Part shown: piece by piece, positions 11,681-23,080 of the stretch
Numbering within the stretch: position 1 is the stretch's first letter
How the letters are laid out: each line of letters begins with the position of its first letter
NCBI RefSeq assembly: GCF_021869535.1
Contig: NW_026262690.1
Coordinates: forward strand, 103,788,001-103,852,000
Origin: Mytilus californianus
Lineage: Eukaryota
Direction: 5' to 3'
Length of the DNA: 64,000 bases
Translations under genes and position numbers: made by a program
Notes under the pieces: model-generated
What the model saw: only the letters and a program-made list of their open reading frames with translations
Database searches by the model: none
Told to the model about the DNA's origin: nothing

Positions 11681-12093
11681 AGATGTTTGCTAATCTGAAA
11701 GAAGTAGATGTCATTTGTGCGAAGCGTTTAGTGCCCTAGTAATTTGCGTTAACCTGTTTTGCTCGTGGCTATTTTTCACATCTAAAGAACAAACGAACAA
11801 CTATTGTATCAGTTCCATTGATTTTATATTGGAAAGTCGATTTTTTGTCTCTCGTGTGTGAAAACAATGTTGGCGCCAAAATCTCGGAAAACTGTTTCAA
11901 TGTTTTCAAGAACCAGTAATAATGCATTACTAGTATATAGCATATAAATATGATTCGTTAAGCTTGCAAATTGAGTATTGTGTTGTCTTGACCATGTGTG
12001 AAAACGTCAAGAGCAAATTATTCCGAGAGGAAGAAAATGACGCTATCCTGATTCGCGACGTTTAAGTTGTATTTTGCCAGAATGTATTGCTAT

Positions 12094-12166
12094 GACCGCG
12101 TGGCCTAATGGATAAGGCGTCTGACTTCGAATCAGAAGATTGCGAGTTCGAGTCTCGTCGTGGTCG
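12094..12166 (+). tRNA. tRNA-Arg(TCG)
   Basis: Identical array copy. Confidence 0.96.
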
Positions 12167-12739
12167 GAGACTTTTTGCAAGCAGCATTACAGAGGAATTT
12201 CGACAGCCGACCACTAAAAGCGATTCGTATTCACACGACAATGTCAAAGTCAGCACACGTTTTCGATGAACAAATATGAGATATCTTAACGAATACTTTT
12301 TTATTTCTGGAATGAAAAGAAAATTGCAATCAATATCTATTGAAACAAAGTTTTTATAGACCTGATTGTCAACTGGCATAACACAAAGTATCTATTCTTT
12401 AATATGATCAACCACACTCGTTTCAATGTGGACAAATTGGGTTCAATTAAATGGGCGTACACAACATTTGAATGGCATCCGCATGCAGAGTCCGATTTCG
12501 TTTTCTGATTTTGAAATGCTCACCACAGGCAGTTTTTGCACGAACTTCACGGGTGCAGCTGTGATCAATGCATGTCTTTGTTTAAATGACCGCACGAAAT
12601 CGTGCACTTTTATATAGACCGCCGTTTATGAAATCTGTGTAATAACTATTAGTTGGTAAATAAAAAAGTAACTAGTTTTCAGTTATCGTGTATGTTTATG
12701 CCTTTTCCAAATTGCCAAACCGATACAATAAAAATTAAC

Positions 12740-12791
12740 CGCCCAACGTGGGGCTCGAACCCACAACCCTGAGATTAAGAGTCTCATGCTC
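12740..12791 (-). pseudogene. tRNA-Lys(CTT) 3' fragment (52 nt), cut by insertion E2
   Basis: ...CTCATGCTC then T7 and ATCATTAAT; one substitution (CCACAACCC). Confidence 0.95.
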
Positions 12792-13167
12792 TTTTTTTAT
12801 CATTAATAAAATTTTTATTACATATATACATACTGTCACCATGAGACATCCCTCATTGGTGAGAATTTTCTATATACAGAGTTGTTAGTAGTTATCCTCC
12901 TACATTAGTAAAAATAAAATACAACTAGATGATATACGTTTAAAAGTTAAAATATATATAACATATATGTCCCCGTTTATTTTATGGTGATTCATTTTTC
13001 AAAAAAAGAATATGAATTGACGGTGGACAAATTCAATACAAGTTATATATTGAAAGCGAGACAACTCCAAAATATTTTCAAAAGTCGAACACACCTAAGT
13101 GCGATCGATAATTTTACATTGGAATGTGATCTTTTGTTCTAACAACCAATCAAATTGAAGTAACCGG

Positions 13168-14522
13168 CTAGACAAACAAAACTATGTTGTCATTTTGAAT
13201 ATCCAATAAAGTGTTATTGTTTAAAAAATATTTGTAAAATAATTGTCTTTGTTGTGTCATTTTATAATACATGTATGCGTATTCAATGTATTTTTTAACT
13301 GTGTACTCGAATAGACGAAGTGCATCTATGTCTTTGTCATGAAAAACTTTTAAATTCCGTGTTTTGAATATGCAAAGTCGGGCTACACTGAGGAAAAAAT
13401 TTAAAAAGTAAGTATTAATAACTTGTGAACGTTTCCAAAATCAAGTAAAAATAACTGTTCATAATCAATGGAATTAACCATATCAGGCGGGTAATTGATA
13501 AAAATGTTGTGTAATATGTCTTTCAGGTAATCATGAAGTGGTTTGAACTTTTGACAATGTACAAACAGGTGACTAAGATTTTCTATACCCTGGCCGCACG
13601 TTTTGCATGTGCCAGTATCTGCCTGACCTATTCTGGCCAACTTTTCAAGTGTAAAAATAGCTCGATGGACAATCCTATAGTTTAAACAATGACAATCAGG
13701 AGGTAAACAACTCTGATTGACAACCAAATAAAGACTTTTGAAATTGAGAGACGGATATTGCTCCGCCCAATGCTTTTCAGCAGAGGGCGTTTCAAAAAAT
13801 TTTGACAGAAGAAGGCTGTTAAATAATTTCGTCACAGCATTTCTAAGGTGAATTTCTCTGTCGTTATCTAAACAAATTTTAACAATCGGAGTAATCTCAA
13901 CATTCAGAGGATTTTCGGATTTTAATAGTTCTTTCCACTCTTCAGGAATACATCGTATGATTTTTTCGAAAGCTGTTTTTATTTGTTCTGTTTTTTCATC
14001 AGGAAATTTTTGTTTTATTATTTCATCTATTGAATTCGATGTGAAGAAACCCGGCATAAATTCATAGCAAATGTCTTTTATCCGTATCAAGCCGGTTTGA
14101 ATGAATTTTTCAAACAGAAGTATTTTACAGTTGCATGTTATATTTGGATTACAAAACAGCGGATTATTATATACATGTTGCACTTGAAAATCGATTTTGA
14201 AATTGGATTTTATTTTATAATACGCGTTTATCATTTCTTGATAATAAAGCGGTAAGTGTTTAATCTGTTTTGAATTTAAATGCGTATAAACAATATCTTG
14301 TTTTAAATCCATATTATCGATTTTAGTGATAAAGTAATCAAACGCACCTTTCCAAATTGATTGACATTCAGGATCCAAATATTTTTTAAGAAATTTTAAT
14401 CTAAAGGCTTGCATTTTTAGAAAAATATCAGGAATGTTTAATCCACCTTCCAGTTTTGTACCTACTACACTTTGATATCTTACTAAATGTGATTTATTTT
14501 GCCAAAGAAACTTTATAACAAT
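13168..14522 (-). pseudogene. E2 ORF2 C-terminal part (post-RT region and Cys/His zinc domain), frameshift near 13420
   Basis: IVIKFLWQNKSHLVRYQSV...EGGLNIPDIFLKMQAFRLK...CKTCGQGIENLSHLFVHC; after the shift it continues TYFLNFFLSVARLCIFKTRN...DNIVLFV* to 13168. Confidence 0.85.
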
Positions 14523-16450
14523 TAAAAACCAATTGTTCAGAGAACAATTGAAGGTCTTTCCACCCGAAACGATATATTTTGATGTGAAAAAATATTAAAA
14601 CTCGGTTAGAAATGTAATTTTCAGCGCCAAATGATAGCTTATTATACGCTGAATTTAAAAATATATGGTTTCTATACATTTTTGTTTGAAATAAGGGAGA
14701 TAATTTGTTACTTCCGGTTTGAAAAAGGTCACTTCCGGTATCATTTGATAGTTTACTTGACACTGATTCCAAAAATATATGGTTCTATGTACTTTTACAT
14801 TAAATATGGACAAGAAATAGCTACTTCCGGTTTACAAAAGGTCATTTCCAGTTGATTTTTTCAAGGTCATATGGCTTGCAACTTAATGCACAAAGTACCA
14901 TAGCTTTATCAGGCATACATGAAAAGTTAAAGCAAAGGTCAAAATCTAGAATGTCAATTCAAACTTTGACCTTGACCCTAATTTCAAGGTCATGAAACAA
15001 GGGCCACAATTCAAAACACTCTAGGTCTCTACTATATATTGTTAATGAGTTATATTACCATACAGCTAATATTAGATATAAAGGGGGCGAAAACTCCCGT
15101 TAAATGTCTCCGTTCCCTTTCAACTCAAATTTATGTGTTACGACATGTCGCAACTAACAATTCTGTAAAAAAAATTGTCGATATCTTATAAGATTTCTGA
15201 AAATTAGTGATAACAAGCCAAAATCTAAATTTTTAACATGACCTTGACCTTTGACCTTGACCTCATTTTCATTTTTATGGACCAAGGACCTCAAATCAAA
15301 AGACCCTAGGCCTCTATCACTTATGGTTTTCCAGTTACAAATACATTTCACATATATCAAATACAAAAGGGGAAATAACTCTCATATGGAGTCTTCGTAA
15401 AGCTTCGGTCTTAATAAAACCTAACATCCTGAGGATATAACGAGCAATTTGGTAAAATAAATTTGTCGCTTTCTTTTATGGTTGCGGAGGAGATCTCATA
15501 ACAAGAAAAACAGTGTTTGGGGAGACAACTCTTACAAAGAAAAGTGTTCGGTTAAACAGGGTCATTTTTAAAAGCGTATAGACTGTATGATATCATATAC
15601 CAAAAAACTAAGCGACATCTTTTGAAACAAAAATACACCGCAAGAAAAAAATTAGGCGGAAGAAAAAAAAAAAAAGAACGTCAAATTAATCTTTGACCTT
15701 GACCCCAATTTAAAGGTCATGAAACAAGGGCCTCAAATCAAAAGACCCTAGGTCTCAATTATATAAGATGAATGAGTTATATCACCATACATGTAATTTT
15801 GAATATAAAAGGGGAGAAAACTCCCATTAAATGTCTCCGTACCCTTTCAACTCAAATTTACTGGTAACGACATGTCGCAACTAACAATTCTGTAAATAAT
15901 CTGTCGATATCTTATAAGATTTCTGAAAATTAGTGATAACAAGCCAAAATCAAAATTTTTAACATGACCTTGACCTTTGACCTTGACCTCATTTTCATTT
16001 TTATGGACCAAGGACCTCAAATCAAAAGACCCTAGGCCTCTATCACTTATGGTTTCCCAGTTACAAATACATTTCACATGTATCAAATACAAAAGGGGAA
16101 ATAACTCTCATATGGAGTCTTCGTAAAGCTTCAGTCTAAATAAAACCTAACATCCTGAGGATATAACGAGCAATTTGGAAAAATAAATTTGTCGCTTTCT
16201 TTTATGGTTGCGGAGGAGATCTCATAACAAGAAAAACAGTGTTTAGGGAGATAACTCTTACAAAGAAAAGTGTTCGGTTAAACAGGGTCAGTTTCAAAAG
16301 CGTATAGACTGTATGATATCATATACCAAAAAACTAAGCGACATCTTTTGAAACAAAAATACACCGCAAGAAAAAAATTAGGCGGAAGAAAAAAAAAATA
16401 ATCAGAAGAAAACCAATAGGTCTTTCCACGGAATGGTGGAAAGACCTTAT
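14523..16450. mobile_element. Helentron/HINE-like non-autonomous element nested in E2 ORF2
   Basis: Inserted within ATTA; removing it restores the frame EIRLI-VIKFLW. 5' palindrome CAATTGTTC-AGA-GAACAATTG, 3' hairpin AGGTCTTTCCAC-GGAATG-GTGGAAAGACCT, internal 693-bp tandem duplication with TGACCTTGACC motifs. Confidence 0.8.
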
Positions 16451-18952
16451 TAGACGGATTTCATTTTTAACTTTTTCCGGCAATGGACATACAGTTACAG
16501 TATAATATAACCTCGACATTATAAGGGAAGTTAAAACTGTAGCTCGACCTGGTAAAGTTAACTCTCTTTTATTCCAAAAGAATAAAATTGTTTTTATCTT
16601 TTTTATTTTATCTTTCCAGTTAAGAAGTTCACATAACTCTTTATCCTTTCCAACATATATGCCCAAGACTTTTGTTACATTTTCACATTTTTGTATTTGT
16701 AATTTATCTAACTCTGAATCAGTAATACTGCCAGAACCTAAACTCATAATTTCAGATTTTTGTCTATTAATTTTAGCTCCAGAAGCCTCACTGTACAAAT
16801 TAAGAACTTTGAAAGTTTCATTTACAGATTTTTTATTTGAAGTAAAAATATTTGTGTCATCTGCGTGTTGAAATATTTTAGCATTTACATTTGACTTTGG
16901 GATATTAACACTCTGAATATTTTCATTTTTAATTATAGCTTGACCTAATGGTTCTGCCACCAACACATAGAGGAGAGCAGAAACTGGACACCCTTGTTTT
17001 ATTGAATTATTAAGTTTAACATACTTTGTAAGGAAACCATTACATTTTACACTGCTGTTTACATTGTTATAAAATATTTTAATCCACTGCATAAATTTAG
17101 GACCAAAACCAAATTTTTCTAAAACTAGAAACAGATAGTCATGGTCAACTTTATCAAAAGCTTTTTCCTGGTCAACTTTTATAAGATAGGCTTCTAAATC
17201 ATCATTTTCAATTATTTCAATTATATCTCTTATACTTGATGTAGTGTCTGCAATGTCACGGCCTAATATGCAACATGTTTGAAAACTAGACACTAGTTTC
17301 GGCAGAACAAATTTTAATCTATTGGACATTATTCTAGCAATTATTTTGTAGTCTACACAAAGCAAGGATATCGGTCTAAAATTTTTTAATAAATTTTTAT
17401 CCCCTTTGTTTTTATAAACTAAGTTTATTATACCATGCCGCATGGATCTTGTTAGTATATGTTCTTCTTCTATAACTTTAAAAATTTTAAGAAAAATCTC
17501 ACCAAACAAATGAAAAAATTTACAAAAGAATGCAACTGTTAATCCATCAGGACCCGGAGATTTATTTTTTGACATGCCAAATAATGACGATTTAATTTCA
17601 TGTAGAGTTAAATCGGTTTCTAAATTTTCACTGTCTTCATCAGAAACTTTTTCAGAAATATATTCCAAAATTTCTTTTGCCTTATCTTTATTTATTACTG
17701 TACTAGAGTATAACTCTTTATAAAATTTATGTACTTCTTCTAAAATTTCATCTGTAGTTTTTAAAATTTTGCCCTCGGTTGTTTTTAATTCTTTCATAGC
17801 GTTACTATTTTGTTTATATTTTTCAAGTTGCAAAAAATATTTAGAACTTTTATCACCGTCTATAGCCCATTGGGCCTTTGAGCGCAAAATTGCACCTTTA
17901 CAAATTTTATCTTCATATGTTTTAAGTTTTAGTTTCATTTCTTCGAACTTATTTACATCAAAATTTACATTATTTACCGCCATAGACGATAGTTTTTCGT
18001 ATTCATTTTGAAGCTTAAAATATTCTGACTTTTCAATACGCGATTTATTTTGCGCATAGGATTTTGATAATTGTTTTATTTTAAATTTTAAATTATCATA
18101 CCAAATAAGCGGCTCATCATCAAAAAGTCTACAACTTTTTTCTTTTTCAATTAATCGTGAAATTTTTTGGACATAATCCTCGTCATGTAATAACAAATTA
18201 TTAAATATCCATAACCCTGGGCCTCTCTCAATTTCAGTAAAATCTATATTAAGATTGACAAAAGAGTGGTCACTGAAAGTATTATGTTTATAATACACGT
18301 TTTTGACGAATTGTGAATATGCTTTCGGAATAAAAATGTGGTCAATTCTACTTTGAATTAGGACATTTTGAACGATACGACGCCAAGAGAAGGTTCGTGC
18401 ATTTTGATTTCTCGCTCGCCATACATCATACAAATTAAACATGTCACACATGTTTGTGAGTTCTTTGTATGCTTTATCTTGAGTGTGTACTGTTTTACCA
18501 CAACGATCAAGATTTGACAGAGATGTATTCATATCACCTAGTAAAATTATATTTTCTGAATTCGGCATTCTAGAAGCAAGTTTCTCAAAAAACTTATTTT
18601 TTTCTTGCATAATGTTTGGAACATAGCAATTAATTATATCAATAGTTTTATCATCCTGTTTAAAGGAAATATGGATACATCTACCGTCAAAACTTTGAAT
18701 TTCGGACACTTGATTTTGTACTCTTTTGCTTACTAAAAAAGCAACACCTTGTCTCAGGTTTACACCATTACAAAAATATATTTTTCCTTCCCAAAATTTT
18801 TCAATATTTGGAATAATACCATCATCCCAAAAGGTTTCTTGGATACCAACAATATCAAAATAATTTTCTGAACAATATTTTGTAAAATTCTGAAACTTTG
18901 TTACATCTCTGAGACCATTAGCATTTATGCTAACAATATTTACCATCAACAA
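16334..18952 (-). CDS. E2 ORF2 N-terminal part: APE endonuclease plus reverse transcriptase (last about 39 codons derive from the nested insertion)
   Basis: SINANGL, GIQET, GVAFL, LGDMN, SRIDHIF, FSDH (APE); KSPGPDGL, FRPISLL, DQEKAFD, KQGCPVS, HADD (RT). Confidence 0.95.
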   Translation of the reverse strand: MLMVNIVSINANGLRDVTKFQNFTKYCSENYFDIVGIQETFWDDGIIPNIEKFWEGKIYFCNGVNLRQGVAFLVSKRVQNQVSEIQSFDGRCIHISFKQDDKTIDIINCYVPNIMQEKNKFFEKLASRMPNSENIILLGDMNTSLSNLDRCGKTVHTQDKAYKELTNMCDMFNLYDVWRARNQNARTFSWRRIVQNVLIQSRIDHIFIPKAYSQFVKNVYYKHNTFSDHSFVNLNIDFTEIERGPGLWIFNNLLLHDEDYVQKISRLIEKEKSCRLFDDEPLIWYDNLKFKIKQLSKSYAQNKSRIEKSEYFKLQNEYEKLSSMAVNNVNFDVNKFEEMKLKLKTYEDKICKGAILRSKAQWAIDGDKSSKYFLQLEKYKQNSNAMKELKTTEGKILKTTDEILEEVHKFYKELYSSTVINKDKAKEILEYISEKVSDEDSENLETDLTLHEIKSSLFGMSKNKSPGPDGLTVAFFCKFFHLFGEIFLKIFKVIEEEHILTRSMRHGIINLVYKNKGDKNLLKNFRPISLLCVDYKIIARIMSNRLKFVLPKLVSSFQTCCILGRDIADTTSSIRDIIEIIENDDLEAYLIKVDQEKAFDKVDHDYLFLVLEKFGFGPKFMQWIKIFYNNVNSSVKCNGFLTKYVKLNNSIKQGCPVSALLYVLVAEPLGQAIIKNENIQSVNIPKSNVNAKIFQHADDTNIFTSNKKSVNETFKVLNLYSEASGAKINRQKSEIMSLGSGSITDSELDKLQIQKCENVTKVLGIYVGKDKELCELLNWKDKIKKIKTILFFWNKRELTLPGRATVLTSLIMSRLYYTVTVCPLPEKVKNEIRLIRSFHHSVERPIGFLLIIFFFFRLIFFLRCIFVSKDVA

Positions 18953-19160
18953 GAAAAATAAACAATAAAGGTATGTACCTATGAACTTGAACTTGGTTTA
19001 TTAGGGGAGAGTTTAGACTTAGGATTATACTTCATCTTCTTAATGTCCTCAGGGGTGAGGTTAGGGCTAGTAACTAAACGACGCCTTCTTTTTTTGCCCA
19101 TACTACGAGCCAGTTCCTCATCAGTAATTTCCATTTCTGATTCACTGGCAATCGAAGACT

Positions 19161-20282
19161 CTACATTTTGTCATGATCACAATCAACTATGTCAACATTT
19201 GACTCATGAGAAACTGACTCGTTCACTTTTTTGGACCCCCCTTTTTTATGCAAAATAATTATTTCATTGTCAATTAAATTGTCTTTTGAATGTTCATGTA
19301 CTGTCATAACTTCAGTTTGTTCATCATCATCGTCAGGAGTATTGTTACTGGAATCAGTGTTAGGATTTTCATCTAGGTTTAGTTCATCTTGGGCAGTATT
19401 AACATCAGAATTTTCTTTTACATCTGTTGAATCATCACGGTCATCTAAATTTAGCGCATCATCTACATCATCACGATCATCATTCTTAACCTCTTCATCT
19501 TCTTCCATTTGTTCATCATTAGTTGCATTATCATTTTCGACATTAGAGTCTTCAGCTTTAGAGTCATTTTGGGGTTCAGTATCAGGACGATCATAACCCC
19601 ATACAGGTTCACAAATACAGCTGGCTGGATATCGCTGACACTTATCACAGCGTGGTTTCGGACAATTGCGAGCCAAATGACCACTATCTTTGCAACGATA
19701 ACACATATTGTCAGGGCAGTTAATATAAACATGGCCGGATTCGAAGCATTTCGAGCAGACCCTTTTCTGATTGTCATGTAATTCTCTTATGTATTCGTGC
19801 GAATTGACACCTGTACAAAATTTCATACGGTACGGTAGACTTTGACGAAATTCTGGGAACCTTACTACCACGTACCTTGTACCATCTGCAATGGTCGTGC
19901 CAGGATGCATTCGGCGTTTAATAGGCGATATTAGTTCGGCACCGAAATCTTCAAGTTTGTTGGTAATTTCTTCATCCGTCACATAATACGACACATTAAG
20001 GAAGCTCACCATTTTTTGCTTTGAAAATACAGCGTTTGGCTTAAACTTCACATTGTTAACTTTGAACCCCGTGTCGCATAACAAATCAACAGCTTCTAGT
20101 TCTTTAAGTGTTATTTCATACACGTTTCCGCTTTTAGGTACACAAGCCTCCACTACACCTTCACCAACTTCTGCTTCTACACTATTTATAACCGACAAGG
20201 CCGAAACATTTTTATTGTCCCCAACATCAACAAGGACAGTCTGTTCCTTCACTGTTCTATTCGCCCCCCTTTCACCAGGCAT
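19161..20282 (-). CDS. E2 ORF1, gag-like nucleic-acid-binding protein of Tx1 type; probably truncated by a 1-nt deletion (native stop about 18979)
   Basis: Zinc knuckles CSKCFESGHVYINC and CYRCKDSGHLARNC, acidic tail; the shifted frame continues VESSIASESEMEITDEE...KKRRRLVTSPNLTPEDIKKMK...SSSS*. Confidence 0.9.
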   Translation of the reverse strand: MPGERGANRTVKEQTVLVDVGDNKNVSALSVINSVEAEVGEGVVEACVPKSGNVYEITLKELEAVDLLCDTGFKVNNVKFKPNAVFSKQKMVSFLNVSYYVTDEEITNKLEDFGAELISPIKRRMHPGTTIADGTRYVVVRFPEFRQSLPYRMKFCTGVNSHEYIRELHDNQKRVCSKCFESGHVYINCPDNMCYRCKDSGHLARNCPKPRCDKCQRYPASCICEPVWGYDRPDTEPQNDSKAEDSNVENDNATNDEQMEEDEEVKNDDRDDVDDALNLDDRDDSTDVKENSDVNTAQDELNLDENPNTDSSNNTPDDDDEQTEVMTVHEHSKDNLIDNEIIILHKKGGSKKVNESVSHESNVDIVDCDHDKM

Positions 20283-20742
20283 GGTGAAGGGAGGTTACGA
20301 AAACACTTTAAAATGTCAGAAATATGGAAAATAATTCACGATTCTCAAATGTAATGTCACTGGGAGTATTCACTTACACCTTAAGCCATGGATGGTTCGT
20401 CCAAAGACGAGAAAAATTTCGATTGAAACTCAGCTTTGAAAATTACGTCCTTCTTGCTGAATGTCCAAACCGGAAGTCCATCCGCATGCAGAGTCCGATT
20501 TCGTTTTCTGATTTTGAAATGCTCACCACAGGCAGTTTTTGCACGAACTTCACGGGTGCAGCTGTTATCAATGCATGTCTTTGTGTAAATGACCGCACGA
20601 AATCGTGCACTTTTATATAGACCGCCGTTTATGAAATCTGTGTAATAACTATTAGTTGGTAAATAAAAAAGTAACTGGTTTTCAGTTATCGTGTATGTTT
20701 ATGCCTTTTCCAAATTGCCAAACCGATACAATAAAAATTAAC

Positions 20743-20815
20743 CGCCCAACGTGGGGCTCGAACCCACGACCCTGAGATTAAGAGTCTCATGCTCTACCGA
20801 CTGAGCTAGCCGGGC
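20743..20815 (-). tRNA. tRNA-Lys(CTT), intact copy just upstream of the E2 5' end
   Basis: Identical to consensus. Confidence 0.97.
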
Positions 20816-21228
20816 AGATGTTTGCTCATCTGAAAGAAGTAGATGTCATTTGTGCGAAGCGTTTAGTGCCCTAGTAATTTGCGTTAACCTGTTTTGCTCG
20901 TGGCTATTTTTCACATCTAAAGAACAAACGAACAACTATTGTATCAGTTCCATTGATTTTATATTGGAAAGTCGATTTTTTGTCTCTCGTGTGTGAAAAC
21001 AATGTTGGCGCCAAAATCTCGGAAAACTGTTTCAATGTTTTCAAGAACCAGTAATAATGCATTACTAGTATATAGCATATAAATATGATTCGTTAAGCTT
21101 GCAAATTGAGTATTGTGTTGTCTTGACCATGTGTGAAAACGTCAAGAGCAAATTATTCCGAGAGGAAGAAAATGACGCTATCCTGATTCGCGACGTTTAA
21201 GTTGTATTTTGCCAGAATGTATTGCTAT

Positions 21229-21301
21229 GACCGCGTGGCCTAATGGATAAGGCGTCTGACTTCGAATCAGAAGATTGCGAGTTCGAGTCTCGTCGTGGTC
21301 G
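21229..21301 (+). tRNA. tRNA-Arg(TCG)
   Basis: Identical array copy. Confidence 0.96.
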
Positions 21302-21874
21302 GAGACTTTTTGCAAGCAGCATTACAGAGGAATTTCGACAGCCGACCACTAAAAGCGATTCGTATTCACACGACAATGTCAAAGTCAGCACACGTTTTCG
21401 ATGAACAAATATGAGATATCTTAACGAATACTTTTTTATTTCTGGAATGAAAAGAAAATTGCAATCAATATCTATTGAAACAAAGTTTTTATAGACCTGA
21501 TTGTCAACTGGCATAACACAAAGTATCTATTCTTTAATATGATCAACCACACTCGTTTCAATGTGGACAAAATGGGTTCAATTAAATGGGCGTACACAAC
21601 ATTTGAATGGCATCCGCATGCAGAGTCCGATTTGGTTTTCTGATTTTGAAATGCTCACCACAGGCAGTTTTTGCACGAACTTCACGGGTGCAGCTGTGAT
21701 CAATGCATGTCTTTGTGTAAATGACCGCACGAAATCGTGCACTTTTATATAGACCGCCGTTTATGAAATCTGTGTAATAACTATTAGTTGGTAAATAAAA
21801 AAGTAACTAGTTTTCAGTTATCGTGTATGTTTATGCCTTTTCCAAATTGCCAAACCGATACAATAAAAATTAAC

Positions 21875-21947
21875 CGCCCAACGTGGGGCTCGAACCCACG
21901 ACCCTGAGATTAAGAGTCTCATGCTCTACCGACTGAGCTAGCCGGGC
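21875..21947 (-). tRNA. tRNA-Lys(CTT)
   Basis: Identical array copy. Confidence 0.97.
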
Positions 21948-22361
21948 AGATGTTTGCTCATCTGAAAGAAGTAGATGTCATTTGTGCGAAGCGTTTAGTG
22001 CCCTAGTAATTTGCGTTAACCTGTTTTGCTCGTGGCTATTTTTCACATCTAAAGAACAAACGAACAACTATTGTATCAGTTCCATTGATTTTATATTGGA
22101 AAGTCGATTTTTTGTCTCTCGTGTAGTGAAAACAATGTTGGCGCCAAAATCTCGGAAAACTGTTTCAATGTTTTCAAGAACCAGTAATAATGCATTACTA
22201 GTATATAGCATATAAATATGATTCGTTAAGCTTGCAAATTGAGTATTGTGTTGTCTTGACCATGTGTGAAAACGTCAAGAGCAAATTATTCCGAGAGGAA
22301 GAAAATGACGCTATCCTGATTCGCGACGTTTAAGTTGTATTTTGCCAGAATGTATTGCTAT

Positions 22362-22434
22362 GACCGCGTGGCCTAATGGATAAGGCGTCTGACTTCGAAT
22401 CAGAAGATTGCGAGTTCGAGTCTCGTCGTGGTCG
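22362..22434 (+). tRNA. tRNA-Arg(TCG)
   Basis: Identical array copy. Confidence 0.96.
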
Positions 22435-23007
22435 GAGACTTTTTGCAAGCAGCATTACAGAGGAATTTCGACAGCCGACCACTAAAAGCGATTCGTATTC
22501 ACACGACAATGTCAAAGTCAGCACACGTTTTCGATGAACAAATATGAGATATCTTAACGAATACTTTTTTATTTCTGGAATGAAAAGAAAATTGCAATCA
22601 ATATCTATTGAAACAAAGTTTTTATAGACCTGATTGTCAACTGGCATAACACAAAGTATCTATTCTTTAATATGACCAACCACACTCGTTTCAATGTGGA
22701 CAAAATGGGTTCAATTAAATGGGCGTACACAACATTTGAATGGCATCCGCATGCAGAGTCCGATTTCGTTTTCTGATTTTGAAATGCTCACCACAGGCAG
22801 TTTTTGCACGAAGTTCACGGGTGCAGCTGTGATCAATGCATGTCTTTGTGTAAATGACCGCACGAAATCGTGCACTTTTATATAGACCGCCGTTTATGAA
22901 ATCTGTGTAATAACTATTAGTTGGTAAATAAAAAAGTAACTAGTTTTCAGTTATCGTGTATGTTTATGCCTTTTCCAAATTGCCAAACCGATACAATAAA
23001 AATTAAC

Positions 23008-23080
23008 CGCCCAACGTGGGGCTCGAACCCACGACCCTGAGATTAAGAGTCTCATGCTCTACCGACTGAGCTAGCCGGGC
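23008..23080 (-). tRNA. tRNA-Lys(CTT)
   Basis: Identical array copy. Confidence 0.97.

Larger units (their letters stand above)
8004..12791. repeat. Tandem tRNA array, block B (mostly 1132-bp units)
   Basis: Period 1132 (8666, 9798, 10930, 12062) caused by a 3-bp deletion, TTTATTATGCC to TTTATGCC. Confidence 0.97.
12792..20478 (-). mobile_element. E2: near full-length Tx1 (L1-clade) non-LTR retrotransposon in tRNA-Lys(CTT)
   Basis: 5' UTR starts GACTTCCGGTTTGG; ORF1 with CCHC knuckles; ORF2 APE-RT-Cys domain; 3' UTR and A tail abutting tRNA nt 22; array resumes at 20479 (CATCCGCATG). Confidence 0.93.

Noticed and set aside
1-12791. CRISPR-like or prophage interpretation of the regular repeats
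   Set aside because: Units are 1.1 kb and identical throughout with eukaryotic tRNAs; no unique spacers or cas genes.
16334-16450. Hydrophobic C-terminus of the 872-aa RT ORF suggesting a membrane-anchored RT
   Set aside because: It is read-through into the nested HINE; the true ORF2 continues at 14522.
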